From Phoronis australis (taxonomy: Eukaryota; Animalia; Phoronida): a stretch of 64,000 nucleotides of DNA. The stretch spans positions 22,792-86,791 of the forward strand of contig NMRA01000351.1 of NCBI GenBank assembly GCA_002633005.1. The letters are read 5' to 3'. Position 1 is the first letter of the stretch; the number at the start of each line of letters is the position of its first letter. The translations under genes and the position numbers were made by a program. The notes under the pieces are model-generated. The model did no database searches. It saw only the letters and a program-made list of their open reading frames with translations, and was not told the DNA's origin. Positions 9,078-23,142 of this stretch are shown piece by piece.

Positions 9078-12000
9078 GTTGGCGTTTATTACTGAGCGTT
9101 CTGTTTCAAAATGAATTATTCTCACTCTAACAAAAACTTATATAAAACTGAAACAAACTCTGTCTCATTAGATGCAATTTGTAATGCCTTTGGAGTGTTC
9201 GTGAGTGCAAATGATTTGAGAAGCCAGCAATGAATAAATCGCTGCGTTACAGGCTTTAGGTGCAATAAAACTAATTGACGGGACACTGAGGCCGTGTGAG
9301 CTCATGCTAATTTAGTGTTTGCTGGCAGAAACTGTTGTGAAACAACTCAATTTCCATCCCACGGCCAGGTGTTAGGCGAATATTGATTTACATTTACAGT
9401 ACTCAAATAATGATTGTCAATGTACAACTTCTGCCCTGACGGTGCTGTGTCCAAAGTAGAACCTGAATTCACGGCCCCCGACGAGTAAGTAGATTTGCAG
9501 TTTCGTGGCTAATTCACCAACATAATCACGTGCACATTACTTTGGCTCACTAGTATAGTATTTTCTTGACTGGAAGTTTAGTTTCCGCTGAACTTTGGCT
9601 GGTTTATATTTGTGATGTCTGATTAGTTTCCGAGCCACTGGCCGGGATAACGACTCAATCCGGCCAGCCGCGAAGGGCCTGATCGGGCTCCGAGCCACTG
9701 GCCAGGATAACAAGCGTTTTGTGTTTAGAACTCAAAAAATCACAAGTCTAAACAACACAGATCTAGGCTCTCCTGTCTGTATCTCACGGAAAATACTTCG
9801 ACATTGTCTCCGAACAGACCTCAAACTGTTGCTACGGACCTTATTGGCCTTCCGAACTTTGCGGGCTACGGTGTGTCCAAATACCAATAAATCTGTAAGA
9901 GCGAAATAAAACAACACGTTTTTATGAGAACTCGGTGTATTTTTAATCGATGTTTGATGATTTATTGGTGTTAAACGATGACTTTCAGCTATAAGCTGAC
10001 ACCAGTAACCGATGTTGTGAACTGCTGAACAGACTGCTTGGGAAACCGATGACGTCATTGGATAATTTCAACACCTCCGTCTGCCGTCAGGTGTCAGGTA
10101 ACGCAACCGTACGTGTCGTTTTGGAGTAGAACTACTCGATCTAAATTGATACAAATTAGGTTGTTTTTTGGGTGGCATGCTCCTTTAATAGACTCGTCCC
10201 GATTCAAAGTCATAAAATATCAAGCAAATACTTGCTGTTGAGTAATACCCTTGCAGTTACTTTTGGTTGGGGACTGGCTCATGTCCGCTTACTTCCGTTT
10301 CTCATCTTCAAGATTGCAAGCGCTCACTTCGCCATGTGAGAATAGTTGCAATCATACTGGAGCACTGTATAGTCATGTGTCATCTGCGCACTACGGTCAC
10401 TGGAATGAGCTCTAATATTTAGACTACAGGACGACATGGTACTGTTACTCCGCAGTTTTGTAAATTTATTCTTGTAGTACTAATCTGAGGGTAACAACCT
10501 TGTTTGGAAAATCCGCTGTTATGACAATTTTACTGCCATTTGGCGACACACTGGAAAATCTTATCGCAATTTCCACATTTTCTGTCGCCAAAAATGGCGA
10601 TCTGAAAAATGACTTTTCGAAATCTATGCTAGCGTAATAAAGCAAATAATGGATTCCGATTAACTAAATAGATTTGGCGCTTATTGATTTGTGTTCTTTT
10701 ATAAGAATGAAAATTTCCATTTTACCGATATAAAAAGCTTGTACGAATTATTTTTTCCGACGCAAATATGTGTACGAACTATTTTTCCATCGGACACCTA
10801 CTACACGAACTATTGGAGACAAGTTGCATGTTTCAAGGGTCCTGTACAAACTAATAGAGTGTACGAATTAAAAGAGAAAACACCGTAATTCGCAGAGGAA
10901 GTTCAGGGACTCTGACTTAGTTCATTACATCCCTACAGTCTAATATTGTGTGCAAATACCCAACTCCCTCAGTGGTAACACTGACAGTTTAATAGAGTGG
11001 TTTATCTTAATTGTTATTAGGTATGTTTTGTTGACTTTTGATTTGGTCTGTGAGAAAGCAGTAGATGACCCATGGTAATTGGCCTATTATGTTGCTTAGT
11101 CAGCAGAATTAATGAAGCAAAATACTTGCTGATCTACTTTCTAGTTTTAGGTTATGAATATCAAATTTCTTGTCAAATTTTTCCGAACTGAAAAACCCTA
11201 TTCACATACTATTCAAGTATGCTATTTAAAAACTTTGAAAATAAAAGTTTATATAACATTGTGGACCCCAGTGTTTACAACATGTGTATGAATAGTTGGT
11301 GGTCTGATTACACAATTTAATTTCCAGAGAACAATAATACCAGCTGAAGCTGGATGGTTTCTGTTTCTACCCTGTGAGATTTTCAATACAAAGAATAGCA
11401 CTAGGTGAACCTTTTACAGTTATTGTCTTTCTATTGCTGTTAATTAGGGAAGCCCAGCTGTTGATGATCTTATCCAACGTCAGCTAAATCAATATTCTGA
11501 ATACAGGTTGTGCAGTATCAGGTTAGTGAGACACCATGTTCAGGGAGGTGTATGCACTGGTCAAATCTCCAGGTTCCTGTCTAAAACACATTCAATTAAA
11601 AAAAGGTTACAACAAGTTAGACATGATTCTGAAAGTGACAAAAAGTCGAAAAAGAAAGTTTTTATGGTATACATATTTAAAATATTGTTTTTTCTTATTT
11701 GTCGAAAATCTAATTTTACCTCGATTTTTTCCAAAATGATCTGGCATTATTATTATCTGTTTCCTAATTATTCATGCCAAATACATGTATCAAATTATTA
11801 TGGTCTTAATTTTGTGGCACTTTTTGTGTGTGGGTTGTGGCAAGCACGCCTCCTGTCATTTGGTCACTTTCCGTCCAATAAATAAAGATGTAGTCTATGT
11901 GTCAAAAAACCCTGGCACGCGATTGTACATCAGTTAGGGTGGATTTCAAATTTGCAAACTGCATAGAAACTGATCCATGCGTTACGAAAAAATATGTCTG

Positions 12001-12289
12001 AGAATCTTGTCATCACGGGGAAATCACTGGCCGAGAAAAACGGTTTGGAAGTTAAGCAGGCATCGCTTGGCACTCATTAGATCTAAATTCTTTCAAAATG
12101 AGTGGTCATAATTTTCCAATTTTTATTGATATAACAGACATGAGGCTGATATTTACTTCGTGTATAGAAAATATGACATACCTGTTTGTTTACAATATAA
12201 TTTAAATCATTTTTGTGAACTTGTGACTGCTGTTACATGAGCACTGTGTTACATGGTGTGCTGACCAGCAACGTGTCTCAGATTGTTTA

Positions 12290-15200
12290 CAGCACACATC
12301 ACGAATTTTTGTCCGCCCGGTCGGAAATTGGTCGGCAAATTAGCCGACCTGTCGGCTAAAAATTAACCGACCGGCAGCCGCCCGCAGTGCCGACTCATAA
12401 GGCAACTCCCCAGCCGACCCTTCAGCCGACTCTTCAGCCGACCGGCCATCAGCCGACCAGGTGGTCGGCTGCTATTTTTAGGCTAGAGTAGCAGTTGCGT
12501 AAGAGGTTGTCAGGCTGATACCACTTTGCGTGTCGATGCATATTCGTCTTAGCACAGGGTCAAATAAATTAACCTTGTTTTAATGTCTCGGTTTCATGAG
12601 TCAGTCACGTCGCTTGTGTAACACCACTAATTCGAAGGTTGAAGGCAAGCGGTACTAGTAAACATTGGATTATGGACAATGCAACAAGTTTTGGATGAAA
12701 AACGTGAAAGTTTTCTTCACATTTTATCTTTAATTTGACTCTTGACATTAACAAGATGTATCATATTGGTTGCTTCCCGGTCAATACAACGCTGTAGTAA
12801 TTTTGTAAACGCAGCTATTTTTAGCAGTCTTCGCCCGCAATTGATTTTGTTTGTGTAACTCCAAACTGCATCTTTTTGCGTTTTTTTAGTCACCGGACTC
12901 CTATCACGCGCCCATGATGATGGATTAGTGAGTGAGTTGTTACACCGTGAAGTGCTCTCACTCAGGGGATTTCATTTTCATAGTATTGACGCATGCAGTA
13001 CAGACGCAAAATTCACGGTGCAGTATGCCCTAAACCCACGGACTTCGATGGCTCTAACTTCGAAATCATATTATGGTTACGATTTCCAGGAACTAAGACG
13101 GTGACATCACCACTGTTGAGGCTACAGGAATTGTAGCTTTGCGCATTCCGTTTTCATGTATCGGTGATGTTAAAATCCGGGCTAGCAGTTACATGTATAC
13201 ACGTAGTCCCCTATCGTTGTTCCAAAAATAAATATTTTCTGTCAACAACATATTGACAAATTACGCAAAATAAAGCAATTGTGAATGGGAAGATGTGAAT
13301 ACGTGATGAAGAGGTATTCACTATGCGGCATATGTGGGTGAACCTTTGGTAAAGCGATTGCGATGGCAAAAAATGATAGAAAATACACAAAGGTGCACTT
13401 TTGAGAAACAAAGCGTCTGGTGATATTGATAGCGTATGATCTGGCCACCTTAGGTAGTAAGTGACGCTGAATGAGAAGTGGCAACTACATGTTTGGCGCG
13501 AAAATAAAGAAATCACCACCCACAACCCTCCCCGAATTTTGCACATTCTAATGAGTCACCACTCGAGATTTGGTTCAGTTTCAGTCCTAAAATCGCAGAA
13601 TAATTCTTCTGTGCTCAGCTGTAAGAAAAAATACAATTTTTGTTGAAACGGTGCTCAGTCTTAATAAAGTTTTCAGCATGAGAGCGCTTTATCAGAAATG
13701 CCAAGCACACGCAGTGTTGTAAGAGAGAGACGTTGGTGTTTCCGTATGTCCACAAAAGTGCTTTGAGCAGTGTGTACAAATTTGTTCATTTCGCTTTTCT
13801 ACACCGAAGACTATGGCCAACACGGTGTTTTAACTACACTTTTGAGGGCATTTTCAAAAAATAAATGTTTTGTTGATGAATTCAGCGAGTTGGTTCCGAC
13901 GGGCAGGAAAAGGTATCTGCGTAAATAAAGAGTTGCGTTTTCAAAACATTCACAGCATGAGCTCAAGGACTACCTGAGACAGAAAATAAAACCGATTACC
14001 AAACAGAAACTTGTCCAATGAATATATAGCTCTTGGAAAACTGTTACCCGGATGAAATGTGCAAAATACGAACGTCATTTACGGAAGGTTGTACCAGAAG
14101 TGATTCGTTGCAGTGGAGTCGCCACGGGATAGTAAAAACACTGTGCTGTGCACTAGTTAGCTGAATGGAAAGCTGAAGCGGAAAAATCCAGAACACACAT
14201 TTTCTATTCAGGAATTGAAATCTGTAGAATTAAAAACAATTGGCAACCAGGATTTATTGCGTCAGAAAACTTATCACGCCAGGAGAGAATTGTTTTCATG
14301 GCTAGAGACTACGTGATCACCCATTATGCAATGATGACAATCCTGAGTGTGTACCTATACATTGGCATCTATTGTAAAACGTGGATTAGACGAAAGAAAT
14401 TCAACTGCATTTCCAAGATAATATGTCTGTTGTCGGTGAGAGGTTGAACATATAGCCCTTGTTTAGTATAGTACGGACATTATCACTTTGAAAGATCAAT
14501 GCTTGGGGATGGTGACGTGGTGTTCTGGCGTGAAAGTTACTGATATGGTAAATTTTTGAACCTGACTCATTAAATTTTCAGTTCGGTCGTATTTTATTTT
14601 GATCCTGAAGTGAAGAATTTTTGGTCCTCACTTGATAAATTATAGGTGCTGATGTGATAAATTTTCAGTCTTGACGTGGTGAATTTTGGTCTTCATTTGC
14701 TCTTTGGTCTTCTGTGTGAAAACAATCTCAATGTATTGGATTGTTTTAATTCCTGCTTAAGTAAAAAATTTCTGATTTTGAGATATTTATTTTTGGTCCT
14801 GGAGAGTTTACATGTTTTGCTTGGTTTTAATTTTGCATAGAAAAGATGTGTCGTTAAATGTTTCAAATTAGGCCTCCCATAAATGTGGGAGAGCAGGTTG
14901 TGTAGCATTGTACTATGTAACTTCTTATATAAATCTAGGTGTTGTGATTTAGTAATTCAATGAAAAATGAGTAGTTGAGGCTTCTTTTGAAATACTGTAT
15001 CCTTTGTAAAGGCCTGGTGTAGATGGCTCAGTGTGATATTATGTAAGCTTTATTATCCTCCATGGCTTAACAACTATATATCTTCATACATGCCTGTAAT
15101 AGAGGTACTCCCAGGATCATTAAGCATGTGTATGCTTTAATTCTAATGAGGCGTGCTTCGAATGTTCAATTAGTATTCATACTTTTGCAGTGGTTCATAA

Positions 15201-17376
15201 CAAAGGGATTCATTAAACCCAGTAAATATTTTTGCAACTGCCGATCTGCATATTAGACATGCATATTGCATCATACCTCATCAGAGTAAAACTTGTTATC
15301 AATCATAGTAGAAAAAAAATATTTTTATCATTGCCACAAGACGTTAACAAACGCAGTCAGTGTCTGTAGCTGTTGTATCAACATTGCTGATGAACTAAAG
15401 TCGGTCTAATTCCATTTTTATATCACTGATTCATGCCAAAAGTTTGAAATTACGCCCCCTGAAGAATTTTGACTTGCCATTGTGATTACTAGAATCCGAT
15501 GCAATAAACTTATAGAAGTTGTTTTTTAACCAGTGTATTATAGCTGAAAATTGTGTGCTTTTTTGTTTGCGAGAGTGTTCTTTTTGAATCAATAGGTTAA
15601 TCATTTTTACGCTCTACATGAAAACACAGACTACTTTTTTTAGGATTACATGTACCAGGTTACCCCAAAATATTATTTTCAAAGTTTTACCCCTTGGAGT
15701 ATACGCGGAAGGCCAAGTATTGTGTTCTTACGCCAAAGGGCTCGGAAGGCTCTAGCCTTGGTGCGAAGCTGTTTACTAAATTAAATATACAAACTTGCGC
15801 CATTGTGGGTAAAAACTGACCGAATAAAATCTTCCTACAGTAAGCTAAATTATTTACCAGCGTTGCAAAAAATGTTTTTCTACAATTATTCTGCTGCTAA
15901 AGTTATGGTGTGATCTTATGCGTCGACTTTCGACCCAATGAAATATTGCGTCGCCTATTAGCCAGTTTCTTTTTCCCAGATTCTTCAATCAAACGTTCTC
16001 CCTCGAGGTTGTGTAAACATCACAACAAATGATCAGAATTGGTTTCACTTCATTATATGTTTTTTGGAATTTTGATATCAGTGATCCGAATTTTAGAACA
16101 AATTTTGCTGAGATGTTGTTATCATCTAATGGGAGATGTTGAAAAAATTTTGGAAGTGGCGCGTGTCACAATGAACTTTTTTCAAAACGACGACATACGT
16201 TTTTTCGTTAAAAAAGGCAGAGAATTACGCAGGAAGATGACATCGGATGTTTTTCGCTTAAACGACCGTAATGGGCAACTTGAATGCCAATTGACTTCCA
16301 GATTTTGCATGCACACCCGCCGGTCTTGAGCTCATGTTGATAAAGCTTTTCGACGAGGTGACAAGCGTAACTATCCGGGCTGTGTGAAGTTTCGAGGTCT
16401 GTTTGATCTCAATAAGCAGTGGCACCTTGCTGTGTTTTGAAAATAGTCTTTATACAACTAGTTGGCTAGATAGGAAGGCTCTAGTTTCGAAAAGATTTTT
16501 TACTGCGAAAGTGACAACAATTTCAGAATGATGATGGATGACAATATAAACCGATCACAGTCTTCTGTTTTCATGCGCCCAAGATTTAATATCGGCGCTA
16601 TGTTCAAATCATTGTTTTTGTTGTTCCTAAAATAAACTTTGGTTCTATTGCTGTACCAACATATTATGAATTATACAGAAATAAACAATAATTATCTGTG
16701 GTAAAGAGCAATATACAGCGTGATGAAGTGATGATCAAAAGCAATAACGGATGAACGCAAATGCGTGATGCTTGTTGAGCATTCCGCTGCATGAAAACAC
16801 TTGAGGTCGTAAAATATCCCGTGTTGTATTCTGATTTTTATGCAATTTTACTGTAAATTTCAAATTTCGTGCTTGCTTTTCTGCATAATGTACTGTATAA
16901 AAAGTCTCATATCTGAATTTAGAAATTATGCTTCCGCGATATCACTTAACGTTTGATTTTACGACGCCGTCATTAATTCAACATAAAGTTTTAGGCTGGT
17001 GTAATGTCACGCACTTCGTATTTGTAGGTTGATTCGATTTTACCCCCATTCAATAGTTGAACACAAGTTGATAAACCTATGTCAAGACCGGAGTTGCCAC
17101 TGGTAAACGAACAGCGAACAGTTAAATGTTTGTTCGTCCAAAGTTCACCCGCTAAGTCATAAAATGGTAATTGCCGACCAGGGACACGCTTAATCCGAAT
17201 TGGTCGTCTACGCTAGGCGACCACTTAGCCGACCCAAGTGCCGACCACAGAGGCGACTCAGCAGACGGCTCCTAGCCGACCGTTGTTGGTCGGCTGCTGG
17301 TCGGCTAGACGACCTGTCGACGGCCGGTCGTCGACCAATTTCCGACCGGTCGGCCAAAAATTCGTGATGTGTGCTG
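12290..17376 (+). mobile_element. 5.1-kb Tc1/IS630-family element with decayed transposase
   Basis: TA|CAGCACACATCACGAATTTTTG ... CAAAAATTCGTGATGTGTGCTG|TA, with subterminal arrays of GCCGAC/GTCGG motifs at both ends. Confidence 0.85.
13956..14135 (+). pseudogene. Tc1-like transposase C-terminus remnant
   Basis: HELKDYLRQKIKPITKQKLVQ*IYSSWKTVTRMKCAKYERHLRKVVPEVIRCSGVATG* fits the post-catalytic ELK...L...W...VI...G.AT(Y) tail. A KYTKVHF* remnant (KVHVW-like) lies near 13381. Confidence 0.78.
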
Positions 17377-18883
17377 TATGTGACTTATATCTCGACTTTC
17401 CTGTCAGTGTGGTAGTGTGTAGACATATTTTTTTATTATCCCATACATATTGAATCAGTCAAGTGCAATACGGCCACATGATATAGGTGAGATTCTCAAA
17501 AAGTCCGTTCCCGTGTTTGTGAGTCAATGAATGGTGTTTGCTGGTACGGGAGTCGTGTTCATGCATCCGTGACCGTGTTTATGAATCTGTTAACTGTGTA
17601 GCTTATGTACCTTGTTACTAACATACATACAATTCTTGGCATGTTTCTGAATCGTTTTGTGCTTCTGCAAACAGCAGTTTTGGGCCAATTAGGACACTGG
17701 TGAAACCATGAATAATTGAATGAGTGTGCGACTTCACAAGAGACTGGCAAGATGTCTGCTCCTTGTTCATTCATGTCTCAGATTCTGCTCAAAATTCTCA
17801 GCTCCTGGAATTTTCAGATATTGGTCTAAGGCTACTGCAAACAAAAATGGATCAACATTAAGCGCAAGAAAAGTATTATTGCTGAGAAGTTTTTGTGAAA
17901 AAACAGAGCTATTCTATTACAATCAGTATAACAGACACTTAATGGCTGTATCAAAAATCGAAACAGCCCTTAAAGTGTAAATTGCAAGGTCTAAGTATGT
18001 TAAATTGTAATAATATTTTCAAGATATTGTTAGTTGGATATATCTTCTTCCAATTATCATGTTATTGTATCTGTAGTTACGTTAAAAAGCGAAAATTAAA
18101 AAAAATCCGCGAAAAGTTGACCTTTGACACTGTGACATGGTGTTGGGGAACACAAACTAGATCAATATCCCACAATGCAGTTTACCGCCCATACAAAACA
18201 GTGGAAGACGAACAAGGAGCGTTCAATCTTGGCGTGATTTAGACATGGTACATCGGTGTGTNGATGTCGAACTACCAGAAAATCAAGGAGATTGTCACTG
18301 TCAGTTCCATTTAACAGATCTCAAAGAAATGCATATCTGTTGCCACCCCAATATATCATTTGCCACAAATCAAAGTCCATCACAGCGAACTTCACAAACT
18401 AAAGAAAACTTGAAAAGCTATCCCATTTTCAAACATTCACTAGTAAATAGGCCTACCTATTCTTAATTTAATACCATTCATGGTAAAAACTTTAGTTTAG
18501 GACAGAGAAAAAATAATTAGTTTGCTTGATAAATTTACAGTTTTATTAGGTGTCCTAATCTCAAAGTTACTGGTTTTAGTTTTTACCTGCATGTGAGTGA
18601 TCAGCCCTACTCTTTATGAACTTCTAAGCCTAATTTTCTTACCCTTTTATGTAAAAACATGAGCTGTGTTTGGAATTTGAGAAATATAAAAATGCAAATA
18701 TTGTCCGTGTTCTGAAATTCAATCTTGAATATTCAAATGTTGCTCAGATTTCAATGTCTCACATTTTGGAGATTCTTGAATTGGAGAATGTTTACTCTTC
18801 CAAATATGTGCTATCTAAAACAGGAAGCCATTTTAACTCTTACAGTAAATAAGACGCTTTTCAATTTCGCACAAAAGCTGTTG

Positions 18884-19012
18884 CCAAAATGACCAGTCCT
18901 CTTCCAAAATAACCAGTCTTCTATTCCAAAATGACCAGTCCTCTTCCAAAATGACCAGTCCTCTATGACCAAATGACCAGTCCTCTATTCCAAAATGACC
19001 AGTCCTCTATTT
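18884..19012. repeat. Minisatellite, 20-23-bp unit CCAAAATGACCAGTCCTCT(AT)T, ~6 copies
   Basis: Visible tandem units. Confidence 0.9.
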
Positions 19013-19233
19013 CTAAATCTGAAGTACGGAATTAGAAATTTTGTTCTAAATTAGTGGAAAAATGGTTACGAACAATTATTTAAATGCACTTCTGAAAATA
19101 CACCATGGCACTGTGTATAGTGGTTGGTTTTATCACCGACACTCTGCATTATATATAAAATGACTTAGCTCTGGACATTAAAAAATGGGTAAAGGTGTCA
19201 AATGTGGCTCGAACAATATTTCAGTGCTTATTA

Positions 19234-21664
19234 CCATAATCGTTCGGGTTAACGCCCTGGGCGGTTAGATTGGCGAATCCAAAAAATCGGGGGAGGGCGG
19301 TTAACCGAGCAGTGGGCGGTTAAATCGAAAATCCACCTAAAGTAGGGGATGGGCGGTTAACCGAACATGGGCGCTTATTACGACAGACAACCGCCCTGGG
19401 CGGTTAACCTTACCTGGCGATCTAAATCCCGAATGGACAATCATACTCGGAACGCGTAGCCCTCTTCAAAGAGCTTTATCGGCACGTCACCAAATGACTG
19501 AAAACGTCATAACATTGGATGATCCCAACAAAGGTTCTCTTCCCCTCAGATTAGTTATTCACTATTAAATTTACAAAATTGCTGAGTAATAGCCCCGTGT
19601 CGTCCTGCGGTGCGCAGACGACCAGTCACCCCGCAGCCTCCACTAGAATGTGATGTGACCCTGCTTAAGTGCGCGCGTGCTTCACATGTTGCAGAGGTCA
19701 GACATCAAATTTATGGTTACAGCAGAGACCTTTGGTTACAGTCTCGTACTATATGTAGCTGTCACGTTCCGAGTCAGAGAGCAGTTTTAAAATTGGTTGT
19801 AATAAAAGTTTGAAAAACTTAACTCTGCTGTTTTTTTGTGTTTGGGATGTTGTAGTCGACACTCCGTTACTCAATGACATTTTCAGCGTATGGTTCTGCA
19901 GCTAGCTGTCTTATCTCGACACCCCGGCATTGCTCTCTTGCCGTTGCGCCAATCATGCTATGCAAAGAAGTAAGACAAGGATCGGGGGTGGTCGAGCCAA
20001 TCGTCGATCAAGAATAAAATTTCAAGCAACTGCATAAATATATTACAAAATGTCAGAAAACAGCAATGTTTCAATTCATTATTCTAAACGATCACCTTAC
20101 CAAACTTCGTGGTGGAAAAGCATTTATTTTTCATGGAAGATGTCCAGATTATCCTATTTATATCGCTTGTAATATCGCACTGCGGCACTGTTCGGTCCCG
20201 CTGTTCTCGAGCAATGTCTCAGTCGGCTGACAATCGTGACTTGGATATGCCGTCAAGTAATATAACGGCCTCTTTTAATATGCATCTCGTTTTTTATGGC
20301 CAAAGATAGTGGCGGTATTCAGCACCCACGTAGGGCCTACGTGTGAGTCACCTGTCAGTCACATGTTGGTGTCAAGGTAACATGCACTCCAAAGTGTGGG
20401 AACTTGCGCACGTGCACCACTACAAATCAGTCACACATAGCGACAGTCCGACGAAGTAACAAACACGGGCGTGACTATGTACTTTTAAGCTGTTGTTACG
20501 AAAGACCCAGTTCTTTACGATATTCCTCCGTTGCCAATGTTCCCCAAAACTGCGATGTCAAGTCTATTCCCATATTTCCCGGCTCGATGCTCCCTAAGCC
20601 CATCCCTGTAACTAGCTGCGTGAATCTCCTACCCACTACCGTTAAGCAGTCTACGTCGTAGATATTTCAGACTCGAATGGTAAGAATTTTTGTTCAGGCT
20701 GAAAATGGCCAATGTATAAACAAAATTAGTCTGGATGGCTAAAAAGGGGATGTGGAAACGATAATTCACACAGTCACGCTTACGTGGGGGCTGACGCAAG
20801 AAATAGTAAAGAACAGCCAGCGACATTAGTTAAATCTGCTAACCAGTTTGACTGAGATGCAATAAGCGAAAAACAAAAAATTTGACTCGCTTTTTTATTA
20901 CTTCAAGATCATACACAAACATACATTATTGCCAACGTTTGAATTCAGAAATCGACAGGCAGCAACGAAATCAGTAACCCAGTAAGGCACTTGTACTGTC
21001 CCTTCGGTCGCCCTACACATCTTCTATAACCCGGCAGTTATATTCATCAAAATATTGAGAATTTGATATATTTCCGTGAGTTGTGAGATTTGTTCAAAAT
21101 ACGAGAGCTTCCCACCTTAATAGAATTTGGAAGGTTGGCAAAACCATTGTCACATTTCTCTGGCCTGATTTTTTCGAATATATGTTTTATCTAGTGCACT
21201 GCAGACGGAAACTCAGCGCGGCAGACAAAGTCGCTGAAAGCGGAGGTTTTGACGCCGGCGGCGTTCTTAAAAGTTTGCCAACAAGGGAAGAAAATAAAGT
21301 GACAAAAAGGTTCAAGTATTATATTTTGAAGTGAGTTCATGACCCAAGACAATAACTCGTTACCTGTATTGTAATTCAGATTGCTAAACCACCGTCTCGG
21401 AGTCCCGGCGTCGTTGCACTCATTGTGATCATAGATCTTTTTCTAAAAGTCGGGGAATCGCGCGTTTCCTTAGCACTAGGCGCTAAATCTTCCTTCTTTA
21501 AAAGTCGGGGATGGGCGCTTAACCGAGAGGTGGGCGCTTAACTGGAAATCTTCAAAAATCGCAGGGGGGCGCTTAACCGAGCAGTGGGCGGTTAAATCGA
21601 AAATCCACTTAAAGTCGGGGATGGGCGGTTAACTGAGCATGGGCGTTAACCCGAATGATTACGG
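19234..21664. mobile_element. Non-autonomous pogo/Tc1-type element with TA TSD
   Basis: TA|CCATAATCGTTCGGGTTAACGCCC ... GGGCGTTAACCCGAATGATTACGG|TA, with repeated GGGCGGTTAA/GGGCGCTTAA subterminal motifs. Confidence 0.88.
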
Positions 21665-22424
21665 TACACACAGTTACTGTAACAGTCCAGTCTGAGTTCA
21701 TATATTGAATGCTTGGTTATACGTACAGTAGGCCTACAGTAGTGTTAATCAGATGATCCAAAAACATTGTAACAAAACTCATTATCATGAATTTGTGCGC
21801 TAGGGAGAATATTAGAACTGTGACTCCTGCAATATGCAACTTTTCAGATGAGCACTCCACATACTTAATGAGTAATCCATGTGATATTAATGAACAGTGT
21901 TTGAAATCCTCTTAGTATAAAAATACGCATGATCGTTTATCTTCAATTCATAACTGATGTTTGTAGCTTTTAGCTTATAGTACTTCTGATTCAGTATTTG
22001 AAAATTGAAAACCTCACTGTAATGTTTATTTGTAGCAAAAATTATTGGTTTATGCATTTTGAAAATTCGCCAATTTGTATTGGTAGAGATGTTTACTCCA
22101 TTTAATGCCGGATTATTTAGTCTTAATTAGGTCTTCTTGCTCGGACGGTCATCACAAGTGTGTGCGACTCTGGAGCTGCACACTCTTTGATCCTGGTGAA
22201 AGCTGTTCAGAACACGGCTGAAAAGACCAGCTGTGAATTAGTGATTTATTGAAATATATACACATTATGGCCATAGGCCCAAAGTATAACATGTACAAGA
22301 CAGAACAATGTCAGGTGTGTTACAAACTGGATAATAAACAAATAATTCATGACATGTAAAGGAAGCAGGCACTTATTGCACTAGGCCACACTATCTCCTC
22401 CCATAACTGCAACACCTGAGCAGG

Positions 22425-22995
22425 CATTTTTGTCCCATTGTCCAGGTGTCTGCTTGATATCTCAAAAACCTATTGTCATGTTTAGATTTCAAAACCTATT
22501 GTCATGTTTTGATGAAATCTGCAATACAAAGTCGAAGGGCACATGTAGGGCAGTGCATGTTTTTTTTTCTGTCTCCCCTACTCCTGGGGCTAGGGCACGG
22601 GGTTTTTCAGTCTATTTGGCAAAGGACTTTTCTCATAATATCTTTAAAACTGCATGGCAGCTAGATTTTATTCAAACATAGCACAATGATCTGTGACGTG
22701 CATGTGCCAGCACCAGGTGTCAGCACCAGCAGATTTTCAGACAGATTTGACCATGCCCTACAACACCATCCTAGTGGTCATTTTACTTTCAACCTCAAAA
22801 AATACTTTCAGTATTTGGGCTGATGTCTTAGCTACAGTTTGGCGGCTTTCAATGAAACTTGACATGGAGTCATGTGGCGACAACGTGACTCCACCAGTCT
22901 GACTGATTGGAATTAGCAGCACCCCCTAGTGGCTGTTCCGTTTTGGAGATGACCTCAGCTACCAGTTTTAAGTAGCTTTCATGAAATGCTGTGCT
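22425..22995 (+). mobile_element. Degenerate Helentron-like fragment resembling family H2
   Basis: Shares unit features with 38075-40087 (ATGAAACTTGACATG, CCATCCTAGTGG, CCCCCTAGTGGC). Boundaries approximate. Confidence 0.4.
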
Positions 22996-23142
22996 CCCTT
23001 GTCTTATTTTTTTATCTGCCTTTAAATCGCTGATAGTTTCATGAGCTTTTTGTAAAAAGAATTATACTCATTATTTGCCAATTTTGGGTGTTGTGTTGTT
23101 GTGGCGTTATATTTCTTTGTTGAAAATGGAATTTTTTGTTAG

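Larger units (their letters stand above)
8520..10184. mobile_element. Decayed Kolobok element (family K2)
   Basis: TTAA|AGGAGAATGCCACCC ... GGGTGGCATGCTCCT|TTAA (14/15 TIR match). THAP remnant on +, KolX remnant on -. Confidence 0.88.
6530..10885. mobile_element. Non-autonomous Tc1/mariner-type element with TA TSD, containing a nested Kolobok
   Basis: Ends TA|CGGTGTTTTCTCT ... AGAGAAAACACCG|TA. A GTACGAACTATTTTT-like motif recurs near 6560, 8445-8490 and 10740-10870. Confidence 0.75.

Noticed and set aside
9630-9712. Two ~22-bp direct repeats (CCGAGCCACTGGCC.GGATAAC) with a spacer, CRISPR-like
   Set aside because: Only two copies, inside a eukaryotic transposon, with no cas genes.
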